The notes under the pieces: generated by a model
What the model was told of the DNA's origin: nothing
Databases searched by the model: none
What the model saw: the letters and a program-made list of their open reading frames with translations, nothing else
NCBI RefSeq assembly: GCF_016433145.1
Contig: NC_058131.1
Coordinates: forward strand, 602,456,185-602,520,184
Direction: 5' to 3'
Length of the DNA stretch: 64,000 nucleotides
Origin: Gracilinanus agilis
Lineage: Eukaryota
Position numbers and translations under genes: made by a program
Part shown: one piece after another, positions 47,488 through 60,365 of the stretch
Numbering within the stretch: the first letter of the stretch is position 1
Layout: each line of letters begins with the position of its first letter

Positions 47488-47764
47488 TGTAATTAGAAAT
47501 TTTGAACCCTTGGACTTCATTTCCATAACCCTTTTCCCTTTTTCACATAGTGTTCTTATGTATTATACATAAAAGATTTTTGTAACTCTGTCTTTTGAAT
47601 TCTTCTTTCCACGCTCTCCTCCTGGTTCTCTTCCCACTTTTGGCAGTCCTGGCAACTCTCTCTTTGCTAATGCTATTATTTCCTTTTTCTTCAAGTTATT
47701 AATTAATAAATTCTTATAAGAATATAATACTTGAAGTATTTGGATATTAATTTTTAATCTTACA
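47488..47764 (+). mobile_element. Short ERV solo LTR (277 bp)
   Basis: TGTAA...TTACA termini; flanks AACCTG / AACCTA; internal AATAAA near 47704. Confidence 0.7.
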
Positions 47765-47994
47765 AACCTAAAGATAAAGTATATCAGCTGATGTTCCTTA
47801 AATGCTAGAATAAAAATGGACATGATTCTACTCTTAAATTATGATTTCATGAGTACTTTTCTGCCTTCTAAATAACTAATGAGAGGGAGGAACTTTTACC
47901 TGGGTCCCAGTGGTAGCTTACCTAATAGGATCACATCAATCTGTAACATCCTTTTAAAATGTGTGCACACTTGTGATTCTGTGTGTGTATATAT

Positions 47995-48644
47995 TGTGGG
48001 AAAGTAAAGTTGAATTAGGATATTTTTGTGAGATAATTTTCTCTTTAGTCGCCCCCAAAAAGCATCTGATTCTAAGCTACAAACAATTTCTACCCCAGGC
48101 TATGAAACTGGTTGGGTGCTCCCCTTTCATTGAGATCTTGTTTGAGGATAACAGTATTTAGAGCAGGACTGAGCCTCCACTTTACCCACTTGAGAGATTA
48201 GGTAATGAAGTCAGCCAACTCTAGCCACCATGTGCTGTGGCAACAACGTTGACCCAAATGCATGGTGGGGAAGAAGGGACTTCTTGATGTCCTGAAGATT
48301 CACCTCTTTCTGTGATAAAGTAATGAGGGAGGAAGTAACAAAGTCTTTAAGCCTACCTCCTCCATAGCTATTTACTGATCAGAAACCTCTTGAGAAGTCC
48401 ATGGGAGAGGATCAATGATGACATCACAAGGGGTATCTATTGGCCTTGTGAGGAAGTCTTGCTCTCTTGCCTTGCTCTCTTGCCAAGCTGTTCTTGGGCC
48501 CATTTTTTTTTTTTTGCACCATTCTCTTTCCCTCCGTGGTGTCTCTTCGGATTATGGAAGCTATTTCAGATTTTATTGAATGGCAGAATAATAAATGAAC
48601 TTAAATTTAATATCTACCACTTCTTCAGAATTTCAATCATCACA
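47995..48644 (+). mobile_element. ERV solo LTR (650 bp)
   Basis: TGTG...CACA termini; flanks ATATAT / ATATAT (low complexity); AATAAA about 50 nt before the end. Confidence 0.65.
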
Positions 48645-48895
48645 ATATATACATACATTCACACACACACATATACACATACACATATGTATCTCAACAG
48701 TGCTAATAATGTCTGCTCTAACAAATTCATAAATCTTTTGAAAAATTGAACTAATGAACATATGTTTTGAAACAACTAACATTTCAAGGTACAGGATGTA
48801 AAACAACTTTGAAAAAAACCTATATATGTCTGATATATGTATATGTGTATGTTTATATGCAAATAAACAAACAAATAAATAAATAAATGTATGTA
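48645..48895. repeat. (CA/TA)n, (TA/TG)n and (AAAT)n microsatellites
   Basis: Directly visible. Confidence 0.85.
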
Positions 48896-49879
48896 CTGTT
48901 GACACTCACAGGGTTAAACATCCTTATTAGAACTGATGGTCTTCAGTTAGAGATAAAAAATACTCATCCTTTGTTGACCAACCCAAAGATAAGGCCAACT
49001 GAGCTGAGCTGGCCTGCTCCTTAGGAAGCAGCCCCACAGACCCAACCCTGGGACTGAATTTAAAGCGTTAGATTCAGACCTGGAATGGACCCTAGAGATT
49101 TCAAAACCTTTCCAATTTTATGGGTCATGCTGAAATTCGCAATCTAATGGCGAATTCAAGAATTCAAGAATTCAAGGTCCACCAGGATGAGGAGCACCAT
49201 GATGAGGCACCAGAGAAGGAGGTCAGTAGAGATTTAATTCTATTTTGACCTCCTGGGTTGGTGACCCGTCAGACTATTTGCTAGTAAAGCTAGCTTCAAA
49301 TTATCTGGAACAATCACTTGCAAATGGAGGATTTGTTCCAGGAGCTTTTGTTAACTTTAGGAATGATGTTGACATTGCTCAAAACTACTCAGCTAAATCA
49401 TTATCTGAAAAAACAGTCTCTGGTGGTTCCTTTCTCTTCCCTATGGTTCGCTTGACTGTCTCATACATAAAAGGAGGGATTCAAATGAGGTGGTCAGCAG
49501 CCATGCAACTTTTCAGGTATCTGTTGGCTTCCTGAGGCTTCAATTATTTTTTCCTTAAAGTTGATTTTGATTTTGTGGCTCTTGACTTTCTCTCCCAAAA
49601 CATAGTTAGGCAGTTTAGATACTCAGAGCAAGGTTATTTATGTCCTTAGGGTTTTAGGATTAATCCTTAAGTACTAAATATATTTTATCTAATGCTCATG
49701 AGCCATTATTTGGAGCCTTTTCTCCAATATCATTTGATCAGATACCTTCTCCTTAATACAGGTTACTGATCCCTCTTCAATATTAATTATTTAATCAAAA
49801 TCAATGAGTTTTTACAAAGGAATTTTCAGACAATAGGTTGTTGTCCAATAGGAGAAGTTCATGGCATAACTTAACCATT

Positions 49880-51640
49880 TCCTTAAGAAGAAATCTCAAT
49901 CAACAAGCATTTACTGAGTACTCTGCTCCATCCTCCATTCAGCCACTAATGTAATTTCCTAAAGCACGGTCCAATTGTGTCATCTCCCTATTCAATAAAC
50001 ACTAGTGGCTCTTTATCACTTCCAGAATCAAATACAAAATGATTTGTCATTCAAAGTTCTTCATAACCTAGCCTCTCTAGTCTTTCTCTCTAGTCCAGAC
50101 CTTTCTGATCTTTGTACATCTTACTTTTTGTTATGGACTCTCTGATCCAATTATACTGGCCTCCTGGCTGTTTTCACAAATAAGATGCTCCATCTCTAGG
50201 CTTCAAACATTTTCTCCACCTGCTCTCAATGACGGGAATGTTCTAACTACTGACCTTAATGGCTTCCTTTAAGTCACAACTGAAATTCCATCTTTTACAA
50301 AAAGCCTTCCCCAGACCCTCTTAATTCCAGTGCCTTTCTTCTCTGTTAATTATCTCCTAGTTATCTTATATATAGCATATTTGATTATATTTGTTTGCAT
50401 GTTGTCTCCTCCACTACTTTGAAAGCTCCCTGAGGAGCAGGGAATGTTCTTTCTTTCTTTCTATATCTGCAGTGTTTATAAGGTACAACTTCTAATAGTA
50501 GGTACTTAACAAATATTTATTGATTGGTTAATTACTATGTGTCAGGAACTACGCTAGATGCTGGGGGTATAAATTAAAAATGAAATCATTCTTACCATTT
50601 ACAGAGCTTGCATTTTATCAGAGGAGCTGACATGTTCATAAATCTGCTTTATATGTACAAAATAAACACAAAATTAATAGAGGGGAGCAGGGAGGAGAAG
50701 GTCACTTATTGTTGGGATTTGGTGGCATCAGAAAAAGATTTCATGTAGAAAGCAGTACTTTATTTATTTATTTATTTATTATTATTTTTTTTAATCCTTA
50801 CCTTCCATCTTGGAATAAATACTGTGTATTGGTTCCAAGGCAGAAGAGTGGTAAGGGCTAGGTAATGGGGATTAAGTGACTTGCCCAGGGTCACACAGCT
50901 AGGAAGTGTCTGAGTCCAGATTTGAACCCAGGACCTCCTGTCTCTGGGCCTGTCTTTCAATCTACTGAGCTACCTCACTGCCCCTGAAAGTAGTACGTTA
51001 GCAAAGTTTTGGAGGAGACATGAGGAACAGTCAGTGCAAAGTTGCTGATATGAGAGAAAGTGTGTCTTGGGTAAGAAACAACAGAAAGACAAGTTTGGGT
51101 TTGGCTAGACCACATAGTGCAGAAATAGAGAATGTATTTGTATATATTTGTTTGCATGCTGTCTCTTCCACTAGTTTGAAAGCTCCCTGAGGAGCAGGGA
51201 ATCTTCTTTCCCTCTTTCTGCATCTGTAGTGTTTATAAGGTACAATTAAGATTAGAAAGGTAGGTGGTAGGCAGGTTGTAATATTCATTAGCAGTCAAAT
51301 AGAGGAGTTTGTATTTGATCCAAAAGGTAAGAGTTAACCGTGGGAATTTTAAGGTTAGGAGTGATATGGTCAGAACTGTACTCTAGGAAAATTACTTTGG
51401 CAGCTCTGCGGAGGATGGACTGGAGAGGAGAGGGACTGGAAGCATGGAGACCAAGGAAGAAGTAATTGCTAAAGGGGGGGAAGGAGAGGGAAAGGGAACA
51501 AGGATTTATGAAATGCCTTCCTTGTGTAAGGAACTATGCTTAAGCCCTTTATAAATATTAACTCATTGATCAATAGACCAGCTGAGAAGTGATGAGGGTT
51601 AGATCTAGGGTAGCTGGGATGTGAATAGAGAACAGCAGAT
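49880..51640. mobile_element. L2 fragments (sense 3' end to ~50530, antisense thereafter)
   Basis: L2 tails in both orientations; purine-rich antisense body. Confidence 0.75.
50761..50984 (-). mobile_element. SINE2_MD-like, full length with (TTTA)n tail
   Basis: Complete element; degenerate TSD GAAAGCAGTACT / GAAAGTAGTACG. Confidence 0.92.
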
Positions 51641-51994
51641 GGGTAAGAGATAGGTTATCTATGTAAAAATGTCAACATATTCCTGTAGAGACCTTTGTCC
51701 AGTGGAATGTTTTTGCTTTTTTATGACTCAGTCTCACCAATACTTGAATTGGTGCTTCTGTGTCATTTGCCTTTCATAAAAGGTTTTTACTTCATAAATA
51801 TTTTACAAGAAGGCAATTTGATTGCAAAGGTCTTAAGGTGGAACCAGAGCTTATGCAGGAAAATGATAATAATGATAATCTTACACAATATTATAGAATT
51901 TTAAGGCTTATGAAATACCTTGTTCATATGATTCCATTTTATGACAGATAATGAGAGTATTATCATTCCCATTTAACATATGAGGAAACTGAGG

Positions 51995-52195
51995 TAGATA
52001 GGTAGTTCAGTGAAGAGAGAGCCAGGCCTGAAGACAGAACAACCTGGGTTCAAATTTGGCCTTGGATACTTCCTAGTTGCATGACCCTGGGCAAGTCACT
52101 TGTTCCCAATTGCTTAACCCTTATTGATCTTCTGCCTTGGAGCCAATACTTAATATTGATTCTAAGACAGAAGGTAAGGGGTTAAAAAAAAGATA
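51995..52195 (+). mobile_element. SINE2_MD-like nested in MIR
   Basis: The MIR CORE gaggaaactgagg is interrupted by a SINE ending taagacagaaggtaaggggttaaaaaaa. Confidence 0.82.
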
Positions 52196-52761
52196 AGGAA
52201 GGCTAATGAATTGACTTGGGTCACAGATAGTAACTATAAGAGTTGGGACATGAAACCAGATCTCAACTCATTCAAAATCTAGTAGTTGACTAGAAAGGAG
52301 AACAGGCACACAAAAGAAATCCAAAGTTTTACCATTGTAATAAAGATAAATGTAGAGTTGTGGTTTATTCTGAGAGATACTGAGGGGATTCTGAAAACAC
52401 TCAACTTCTAAAATACTCAGCCATTTTGCTTCTGTGCATTTAGGTATTTCAAGAAGGAAGCTCACTGAACTCGGTGCCTCTCATCAATGCAAAGTCAATA
52501 CACATCACAGGAAAACCATATTAAAGGAGAAACAGAGGAAGCCATTATTATACTGCCATTGTACAATGCCAAACCAGGACAAAGAAACGAATGATGACAG
52601 CTGAGCTGGGATTAACTTTATTTTCCTGTTTTACACCTGGGGTCAGTTCATTCCATACAAATCTGGAATATATTTATTACCTTTAATAAAAGGAAAGAAT
52701 TTCAGAAGCATCCTTTGACTAAGGCATTCTGGGAATAGTTTGCTTTTCTCCCCTGAGTCAG

Positions 52762-52956
52762 CTGGATGAGCTCTGGGCACTGAACTGTGTGCAGATGCTA
52801 ATGGACATGAGGAGCCTGGGGCAAGTTGCAGATGAAGAGTTGCCAAATGAAACACTGGGCTTTTCAACTGCAAACATTCCTGAGCTTGTTAAACTGGGTG
52901 AAAAGAGCCCAACCAGATGGGAGACAGAGGAGAAAACAGATGACCACTGCATCTAA
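52762..52956 (+). CDS. Candidate terminal coding exon (LDELWALNCVQMLMDMRSLGQVADEELPNETLG...TDDHCI*), unidentified
   Basis: Polypyrimidine tract plus CAG acceptor (alternative AG at 52757); 64 open codons with protein-like composition; no recognised repeat. No homolog recognised. Confidence 0.33.
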   Translation: MDELWALNCVQMLMDMRSLGQVADEELPNETLGFSTANIPELVKLGEKSPTRWETEEKTDDHCI

Positions 52957-53922
52957 ACAGACCCAGACCATATTGAGAAATCAGGCTCTGAAAAGGTACT
53001 TTTATTTCTGAGTATTTTATCTTCCTTCATGTTCAGATTTAATATCTGCAGAATAGCTATTATTTTCCAGTCACCAGGCATTTACTGAAGACTTCTTTGT
53101 GCTTAGCAATATGCTAGGCATGGTGGGTTACAAATAGAGTATATTATTCAAGCACCGACCACAAGGGGTTTATGATCTAGATGGGGAGACACAACCTCTG
53201 TAAATGAATGATTAGTGAAAAAGGCAGCAGCAGAATACAACTTCCTTGAGAGTAAAATGAAGGAACCAGACTAAATGACCTCTAAAGTCCCTTCCAGCTC
53301 TAAATCTCTGGGCCTATAAAGCAGAAGGCAGCATGAGATAGTGGAAAGACCTCTGGATTTAGAGCCAAAAAGTTGATTTTTGAATCTTAGTTGTGCTACT
53401 TATTGCCTCTAAGGTCTTAACTAGGCCATTGATCCTCTCCAGGGCCCATCTGAAAAGTGATAGGGTTATTATTGATAGATCCTTCGAGTTCTTTGACCTG
53501 TGTCTTGAACCTCTACCTAACAAAGCACTTTATAATATGGCATAGCCATTTAGAAAGGATCTGTGAACAAAAAGGTGCTAATTTTGAGCATACAGACAAT
53601 AAATATAAAGGAATTAGAGGCAAGAAAGAGTCACATTCACTGATATTGTTGGGTAGGATGTTGGACTTAAGGTGGACCTTAAAGGGTAGATGAAATATGA
53701 ATGGGTGGGGATGGAGTCTTTAGGTACTTCAGAATGTCTCACATTAACTTGAGAAAGTATTTCAATAAGGAAAATATAGTTAAGAATGATTTCACAGGTG
53801 GTGACTCAAAACATGGAGACCTGATGTGATGCTCATGCCCCTGCAATGTGGAATAGCAAAACTGGTATGTTTTCCTTTTTTTTTAAATTGTCTTTGTTGT
53901 GTTTATTACTTGATGGTATTTT

Positions 53923-54057
53923 NNNNNNNNNNNNNNNNNNNNNNNNNNNNNNNNNNNNNNNNNNNNNNNNNNNNNNNNNNNNNNNNNNNNNNNNNNNNNN
54001 NNNNNNNNNNNNNNNNNNNNNNNNNNNNNNNNNNNNNNNNNNNNNNNNNNNNNNNNN
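53923..54057. other. Assembly gap
   Basis: N run. Confidence 0.99.
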
Positions 54058-55477
54058 AGTCTAAGTTTCCTAACACTCAAGTTTGCTCTTGGTCCACTGG
54101 AACAAAATGAAATCTTGAGAACAAATCTACAAAACGAGACATCCAAACTAGATGGTTTCTAAGGTCCCTTCCAGCTCTGACATTCTATGATTCTATAATT
54201 AATATAGTCAGAGAGACATGAAACACAATTTATTCCCATCTCCCTGTGCAAATGAACCTGAATGTGACAAGCTAGGTTTGATTTCATAAAAACTAACATT
54301 CATTTTTTCCTCTTGAGCAATTTTACCCCTGTGAAATTCAGGCAAAGGATAAACATGTTTACACATGATTCATTTCCACGTAAATCATCAAAATGTGAGA
54401 ACTACTGCTGAGGAAGGTACTTTTTTTTTTCTTCTGTTGTGTAAGCTGAGCTTCTGAGAAACAGGAAGTCAAAGAATTCTAAAGTGTCCAGTTTCAGGTA
54501 AGCAGGGTACAATTCCCTATTGTATTCCCTATCTCAAATTTTTAGGCAGGATCAAGAAAACTGTCCTTGAAAGTGAATTAATTAAGTAGTACTTCAAAGA
54601 CTATCTCCCCATAATGCTTAAAAGTGATCATTAAAAATTGCAGTTCTCAATGAATGTTTTACCTTAACACTAAGCAACTGCATCTTTGGTGATAGGCTGA
54701 TAAAAGCCCAGAATGAATGGTCAAGTGAGTTTTTCACTTTCTGTATAATACAGCAAGATCACTTTTGGGTTGAGTAATATTGTAATTTCATATTTAGTGG
54801 GAATAATATTAAATTTTCCATTGATTTTATGATGGTATTTTCTATTTCGTTGACTATTTCCCTGACCCTACCCACTCCCTTGGAATAGGAACTAATGAGC
54901 TGAGGAATATTTGATAACTTAGGTTTCTCTCTGCTAGAGGTAACACATTTCCTACTACTATGTCCCTTCTCTATGACTTGTAGTACTGTGTTGTATGATT
55001 CCGTGGATATAACTTTTAATAGACATATTACATGATCTGAGAGGGAGCTCAGTGTAGTGGAGAGAATGCTGGAATTAGTCATAAAGACCTAGGATCAAAT
55101 ACTACTTTGGACTCATGCTAGCTGTGATCATGGACTCTTCTTAATGTGCCTCCCAACTTTCCAAAGCTATAAATTATAGAAGAATGCTTCATTTGTATGA
55201 GTGGAAGTGGTTTTAAGCAGAAACTTGCCTACGCTGGCACCATCATAGTTCTAGCCTCTCCCTGCACACACTGCCCCCCTTCCTAATAAAAACTATGTAC
55301 TCATGTTTATGTAGCATCTTATTTAAACTGTTCATCTGTAAAGCTGTTAAAACTTTTAATGTGGGAGCTGGGGTGCTGGGTAGGAAATGATGGCAGTCAT
55401 GGAGCCTATTGCTCAAATGCATGATTTTTGATTTATACAGAGAGTTAGAAAAGACCTCAGAGATTATCTAGAAGTTT

Positions 55478-55635
55478 ATGGATACTTAACCTATTTTTGT
55501 GTCATGGCCACCTTTGGTATCTTGTGATGCCTGTGGATTCCTTTTCAGAATCCTGTTTTTTTAATGCATGAAATAAAATATATAGGATTATAAAAGAAAA
55601 GAACAACATTGAAACATAGTTATCAACTATTTTGC
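55478..55635 (+). mobile_element. Charlie-type hAT MITE fragment
   Basis: cttaacctatttttgtgtcatgg...aatgcatgaaataaaatatatagg...gaaacatagttatc; same family as 59165-59380 and 63374-63604. Confidence 0.7.
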
Positions 55636-55889
55636 AGATAAGGAAACTTAGATCAAAAAGACTGACTTACACAAGATCACATAGCTATTTCTAGTGTAGT
55701 CTAGATTTGAACTTGGCTCTCTTGATTGCGCTTCCCACAATAGACCACACCAAAAGAATTAATCCTTAGAATGCTAAAGGAAAAACAAATATCTATTTTT
55801 GTAATAACTTTCAGGTTTTCATTCTGAATTTCATTTATTCATTAATTCTAAATTAATTTCTAATTCTTAAACAGCTCTCTGTCTTTATA

Positions 55890-56061
55890 NNNNNNNNNNN
55901 NNNNNNNNNNNNNNNNNNNNNNNNNNNNNNNNNNNNNNNNNNNNNNNNNNNNNNNNNNNNNNNNNNNNNNNNNNNNNNNNNNNNNNNNNNNNNNNNNNNN
56001 NNNNNNNNNNNNNNNNNNNNNNNNNNNNNNNNNNNNNNNNNNNNNNNNNNNNNNNNNNNNN
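55890..56061. other. Assembly gap
   Basis: N run. Confidence 0.99.
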
Positions 56062-58739
56062 CTATCCATGCATATGTGTGTATATTTTTTCTCTCAGTAT
56101 TTCATATATATGATTTTATGGGTGTGGGGAACTCTCTGGTGTAGGAATTCTCTCCCTTTAATAATGATCTGTAACTAATCTATGATTCGTAATCTTAGAG
56201 AGTTGTTTGGGGCCCCTGAGCTAAGTGATCTGCTCATGGTCATATAACTAGCCTGTATCAGAGGCAGAATTTGAACTCAAGTCTTCTTGAAGTTCAGCCC
56301 TTTATTCACTATGTATGCTAAGCTCTTTTTCTGTAAAAATTTTATGTTCTAACATACACCTTAGTGACTCTCTGCATATTCATGCTAATATTTATTTAAT
56401 TCCATGGAATTAGAGTTGCTGTCTACTACGAATCATTTAAGCATTTATAATGTTTCAGAGATTAGAAATACTATTTCTGATTGAGGAGAATAGACTTGGT
56501 TTCCTCCTTTTACAAATGAGGAAACTGAGGTTTAGACGGTAAAATGACTTATCCTTAATCATGAGGCTCATTAGTGATAGAGAAAGAACAATAATTTAGA
56601 ATGTATCATTTACCACATGAAGGGCAGTGGAACATCGACCTTTGGCCAAAAATATATCATCTCAATTAATTCAGTGCTTCCTTGTATGATGGAAGGTGGA
56701 ATAATTAGTAAATTCCTCAAGATACTTCATTTGGTAAGTTTGTGAAATTTGGGCTTTTTCAGATCCTGGTGCCAAAAGAACATCAGAGCTCAGAGATTTT
56801 GCCTTGGATTGCCTTTTTTGAGTCATTAATCCCTCTTGGGATTAATTAACCCCGCATTGGCATGGTAACGCCAATGACCCCTTCTAATAATGTTTTAAAA
56901 TGTATGCACTTAGTTACATAGGATTTCAAAGGAATCTAATTATAGTGAAATTTGGTTTTCAAAATATACTTAAAGTTCACAGACTTCAGATTAAAAATCG
57001 TGCCTTAGACAATCATCAGCTTTTTTATTTCAGTACTGGCTATATTGCCACGGCTCTGGGAGGGAACTGTCCAAGCAAACTAGACATCAATGAATGGCTC
57101 CTTGGCTTCACTAGGGTCTTACCAAGAAGACATAGAAACATAGAATTCAGAGCCTGATGGGACCTCAGAGATCATCCTCTCCTAACTACCTCCAGTAAAA
57201 CGTAAACTCCCCAAGGGCAGATATTTTATTTTTATCTTTGAATCCTGTGCCTTGCTCATGAAAGGCACTTAATTTACTGTGGGAACATATATAGACCATA
57301 TAGAACAGAATATTTCTAGCAACAGAGAGTTGCTTAGAAATTGAAAATGAATTTGGAACCTGAAAGCTTGAAGATTGTCACAAAATATGGATATGCTTAA
57401 TAAGTGTTTAGTGAATTCATTTGAATTAAGTCTGATTGCCTAAATTTAATTTCACAGGTGAGAGAAATATACTTGACTTTGGCTTTCAAAGAAACAAACC
57501 CTAAAGACCATTTTTTATTACTATTGAACAATTGTAAAGGATTGAACTAGGCAAGAGTTAAAGTGGCATGATACATTAGCTGATCATGTATTTAACATTA
57601 ATCCCCAGAGCCCAAACTCCACCCCTGGACTAATCATATTAAGATATGACCCCAAATTTAACATATCCATTCAGAGGCAGGTTTTTCTAGCAGACAGGCC
57701 CTTGCCTGAAGCAAGAAATTCTCTAGGGCCAATCCTGATCATTCAAAGGAGGAGACTGGAAGTTGGATAATTTATGAATGGTCTGTGGCTGTAAGAAATA
57801 GACCAGAGTATTGGAAAGGGAAACTGGGCGTGTTCACTGCCCAAGACATTCCGGTAGGAGACTTTTCAGATGGGCAAAGAGCACTTTTTTTTAAAATGGA
57901 AAAGAACTTAAAATTCTTTCATAGATCTCAAATCCTGTGTGAACGTGGCTAGGTTTCTGCAGAAACTAGTCAACTGGAACATGTAACCGTATGATGCATC
58001 CATCATCTTTAGAAGATTCCTTCTCTTCAAAAGGTGGGAAACTCATCTTAGATGGTAGCCAGATAAAAGAGAAAATGGGCATTGCAGGTTTTCAGAAGTG
58101 GGAAGTGGGAGGAAGTTGTCAGGGGAGGGGTGGCATAAGGGTGGAATGTTGGTTTAAAATGTCAATTTTCACTCTCTCTCTCTCCCCAAGGTTCATCCAA
58201 CAAAACTTCTCTAGCCAGTCACATCCCCTTATCACTTTTCCAGCCCAGCTTTGTAATGTTAATTGTTGGACGGAGAACTGATAAGGGTAGGTGATTGACA
58301 TTCACAACCTTGAGGAATCTCAGCCTTACCTCTGCTTCTTGGGTGACAGGGCCTGCAATCAATGGGTATCTCTATACCTCATCAGCAAGCACAAAATGTA
58401 AATTGTTGGAACACATACAGACTCATGTGCTCCTGCATAAATGGACCATCTGTCCTTAGGGACACCTCTCTTAATTTTATTTGGGAAGGTCTGAAGGGAC
58501 TGCTGCACAATGTAGTTCTATTATCTTTCCTGATGATATTACCTGCTCTCAGGGAGAGCTTCTGAACCTTAGTCACAACTCATGCCTAGAAGAGTGGGAA
58601 AACTAGACTGGTTTCAGGGCTTCTGAATTTCATGTGCTTTTGCTTCGTAGAAGACAACTTACAAAGTAGCAATAGTTGCATTGATTTGAGGACAATTTAG
58701 ACAAAAAGTTTAAATGTAATAAAAAAGTTATTTTTCTTT

Positions 58740-59160
58740 CTTTTTTAAAATATTTTCTCTCAATTACATGTCAAAATAGTTTTAAACTTTATTTTTATTT
58801 TTTTAAAAACCCTTACTTGCTCTCTTAGAATCTATTCTGTATATTAATTCCAAAGCATTAGAGCAGGAAGGGATAGGCAATGGGAATTAAGTGACTTGGC
58901 CAGGGTCACAGCTAAGAAGTATCGGGCCAGATTTGAACCCAAGGATTCCTGTCTCCAGACTTGGCTCTCAATCCACTGCGCTTGGCTTTCAATCCACGCA
59001 GCCACTTAGCTGTCCCCAGAACAACTTTTAAACTTCATTAAAAAAAAAAAATTTGAACCCTATCCTCCCCTTCTTTCTCTTCCTTCATCTCCTCCTCCTC
59101 CAAGATGGTAAGCAATCTGATAGAGATTTCACATGTGCAATAATGTAAAATATTAGAAAA
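58740..59160 (-). mobile_element. L1 3'-end fragment with a SINE2-like insertion (~58790-59017)
   Basis: ttttctctcaattacatgtcaaaa... resumes after the SINE; the SINE has a small internal duplication of ttggct(c/t)tcaatccac. Confidence 0.7.
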
Positions 59161-59164
59161 AAAA

Positions 59165-59380
59165 TTATTTCTCTATTGTCAGTATGTCTTATGGGTCCAT
59201 GAATGTGCTTAAATTTTTTTTCAAACAGTAGTTCTATATAATTGGTTTCTTGTGTAATATGATGTATTTGATTTACACATTTAAAAACCATTTTTTTTTT
59301 TGTGAGAAAGGGTACTTAGGCTTCACCAAACTACCAAAGAAGTCCATGGCATACACACAAGAAAAAGTTAAAAACCCCTG
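59165..59380 (-). mobile_element. Charlie-type hAT MITE
   Basis: Ends aagttaaaaacccctg; ggcttcaccaaactaccaaagaagtccatggc. Confidence 0.72.
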
Positions 59381-59919
59381 TAACGAATAGTTTTATCTTT
59401 CAGAATTGAGAAATGGTTTGAAATATGTGGGTGTAAAATTTGTAATTGAACAGAATGAAAATTATGGGTTCTCTACAGCATAGGAGAGGTGATTTATCTT
59501 CATTTGCCAAGAGTTTAAGCTATTCATTAGAATTTTTGATATCTAATGATTTTTCAGAGTGAGTAACCATAATGGGTACATCTATATACCTAAATGTTCA
59601 TGTGAATGTTTCATGTCTCTGGGATTTCATCAGTGAGGCTACTCTCTCTATTAAGGCAGAGGGAAACTTCTCCATGCTTTAGTAGCCATTTTTTTGAAGC
59701 TCCTGGGATTAGACAGTTTCATCACTTGATGGCCAAGGCTCATAAACTTTTCTAGACTTAGGCAGGTTCTTTGATGATGGACACACAGTCCATTGCCAGG
59801 GCCTTGCTTTTCCAGTGAGGTGCAATCAGTCAGAAATCACATTCACATGGCATAAGCTTTGAGACTACAGGTTCCCTTCCAAGCTTTGATGAAACTTCAG
59901 AATAGATTAATAGAGGATT

Positions 59920-60365
59920 TGCCATTTGGTCATTTTTCAGACATGTCAGACTCTTCTTGATCCAGTTTGGGGTTTTCCAGGTAGAGATACTAGAGTTGGG
60001 GGCGGGGGTGGGAAGCTAGGTAATTCAGCTGGATTGAAAAACAGACCTGGAGGCAGGAGGTCCTGGGTTCAAATCTGCTCTTAGATACTTCCTAGCTATG
60101 GGATCCTAGGTAAATCACTTAATCCCCATTGCCTCTTACCATTCTTCTGCCTTAGAACCAATACACAATATGGATTCTAAGATGGAAAATAAGGGCTCTT
60201 AGTAATTTGCCATTTCCTTCTCTAGCTCATTTTATAGATGAGGAAACTGAGGCAAACAGGGTCAAATAACTTGCCCAGGTTCACACAGCTAGTAAGAGAC
60301 TGAGGCTAGATTTGAACTCAGGAAGATGACTCCAAACTGGACACTCTATCAACCTTGCTACATAA
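59920..60365 (-). mobile_element. Mar1 SINE split by a plus-strand SINE2-like copy (~60010-60200)
   Basis: The RTE tail gtagagatactagagt resumes as ttgccatttccttctc after the insert. Confidence 0.82.

Noticed and set aside
49186-49221. 36-nt phase-0 exon DEEHHDEAPEKE (SCPP/SIBLING-like)
   Set aside because: No polypyrimidine tract and no signal-peptide or other SCPP exons nearby.
53826-56069. ORFs crossing gaps 3 and 4
   Set aside because: Gap artefacts.
57727-57853. KLGVFTAQDIP resembling a SET-domain start
   Set aside because: A short motif only; no further SET exons found; splice sites are mediocre.
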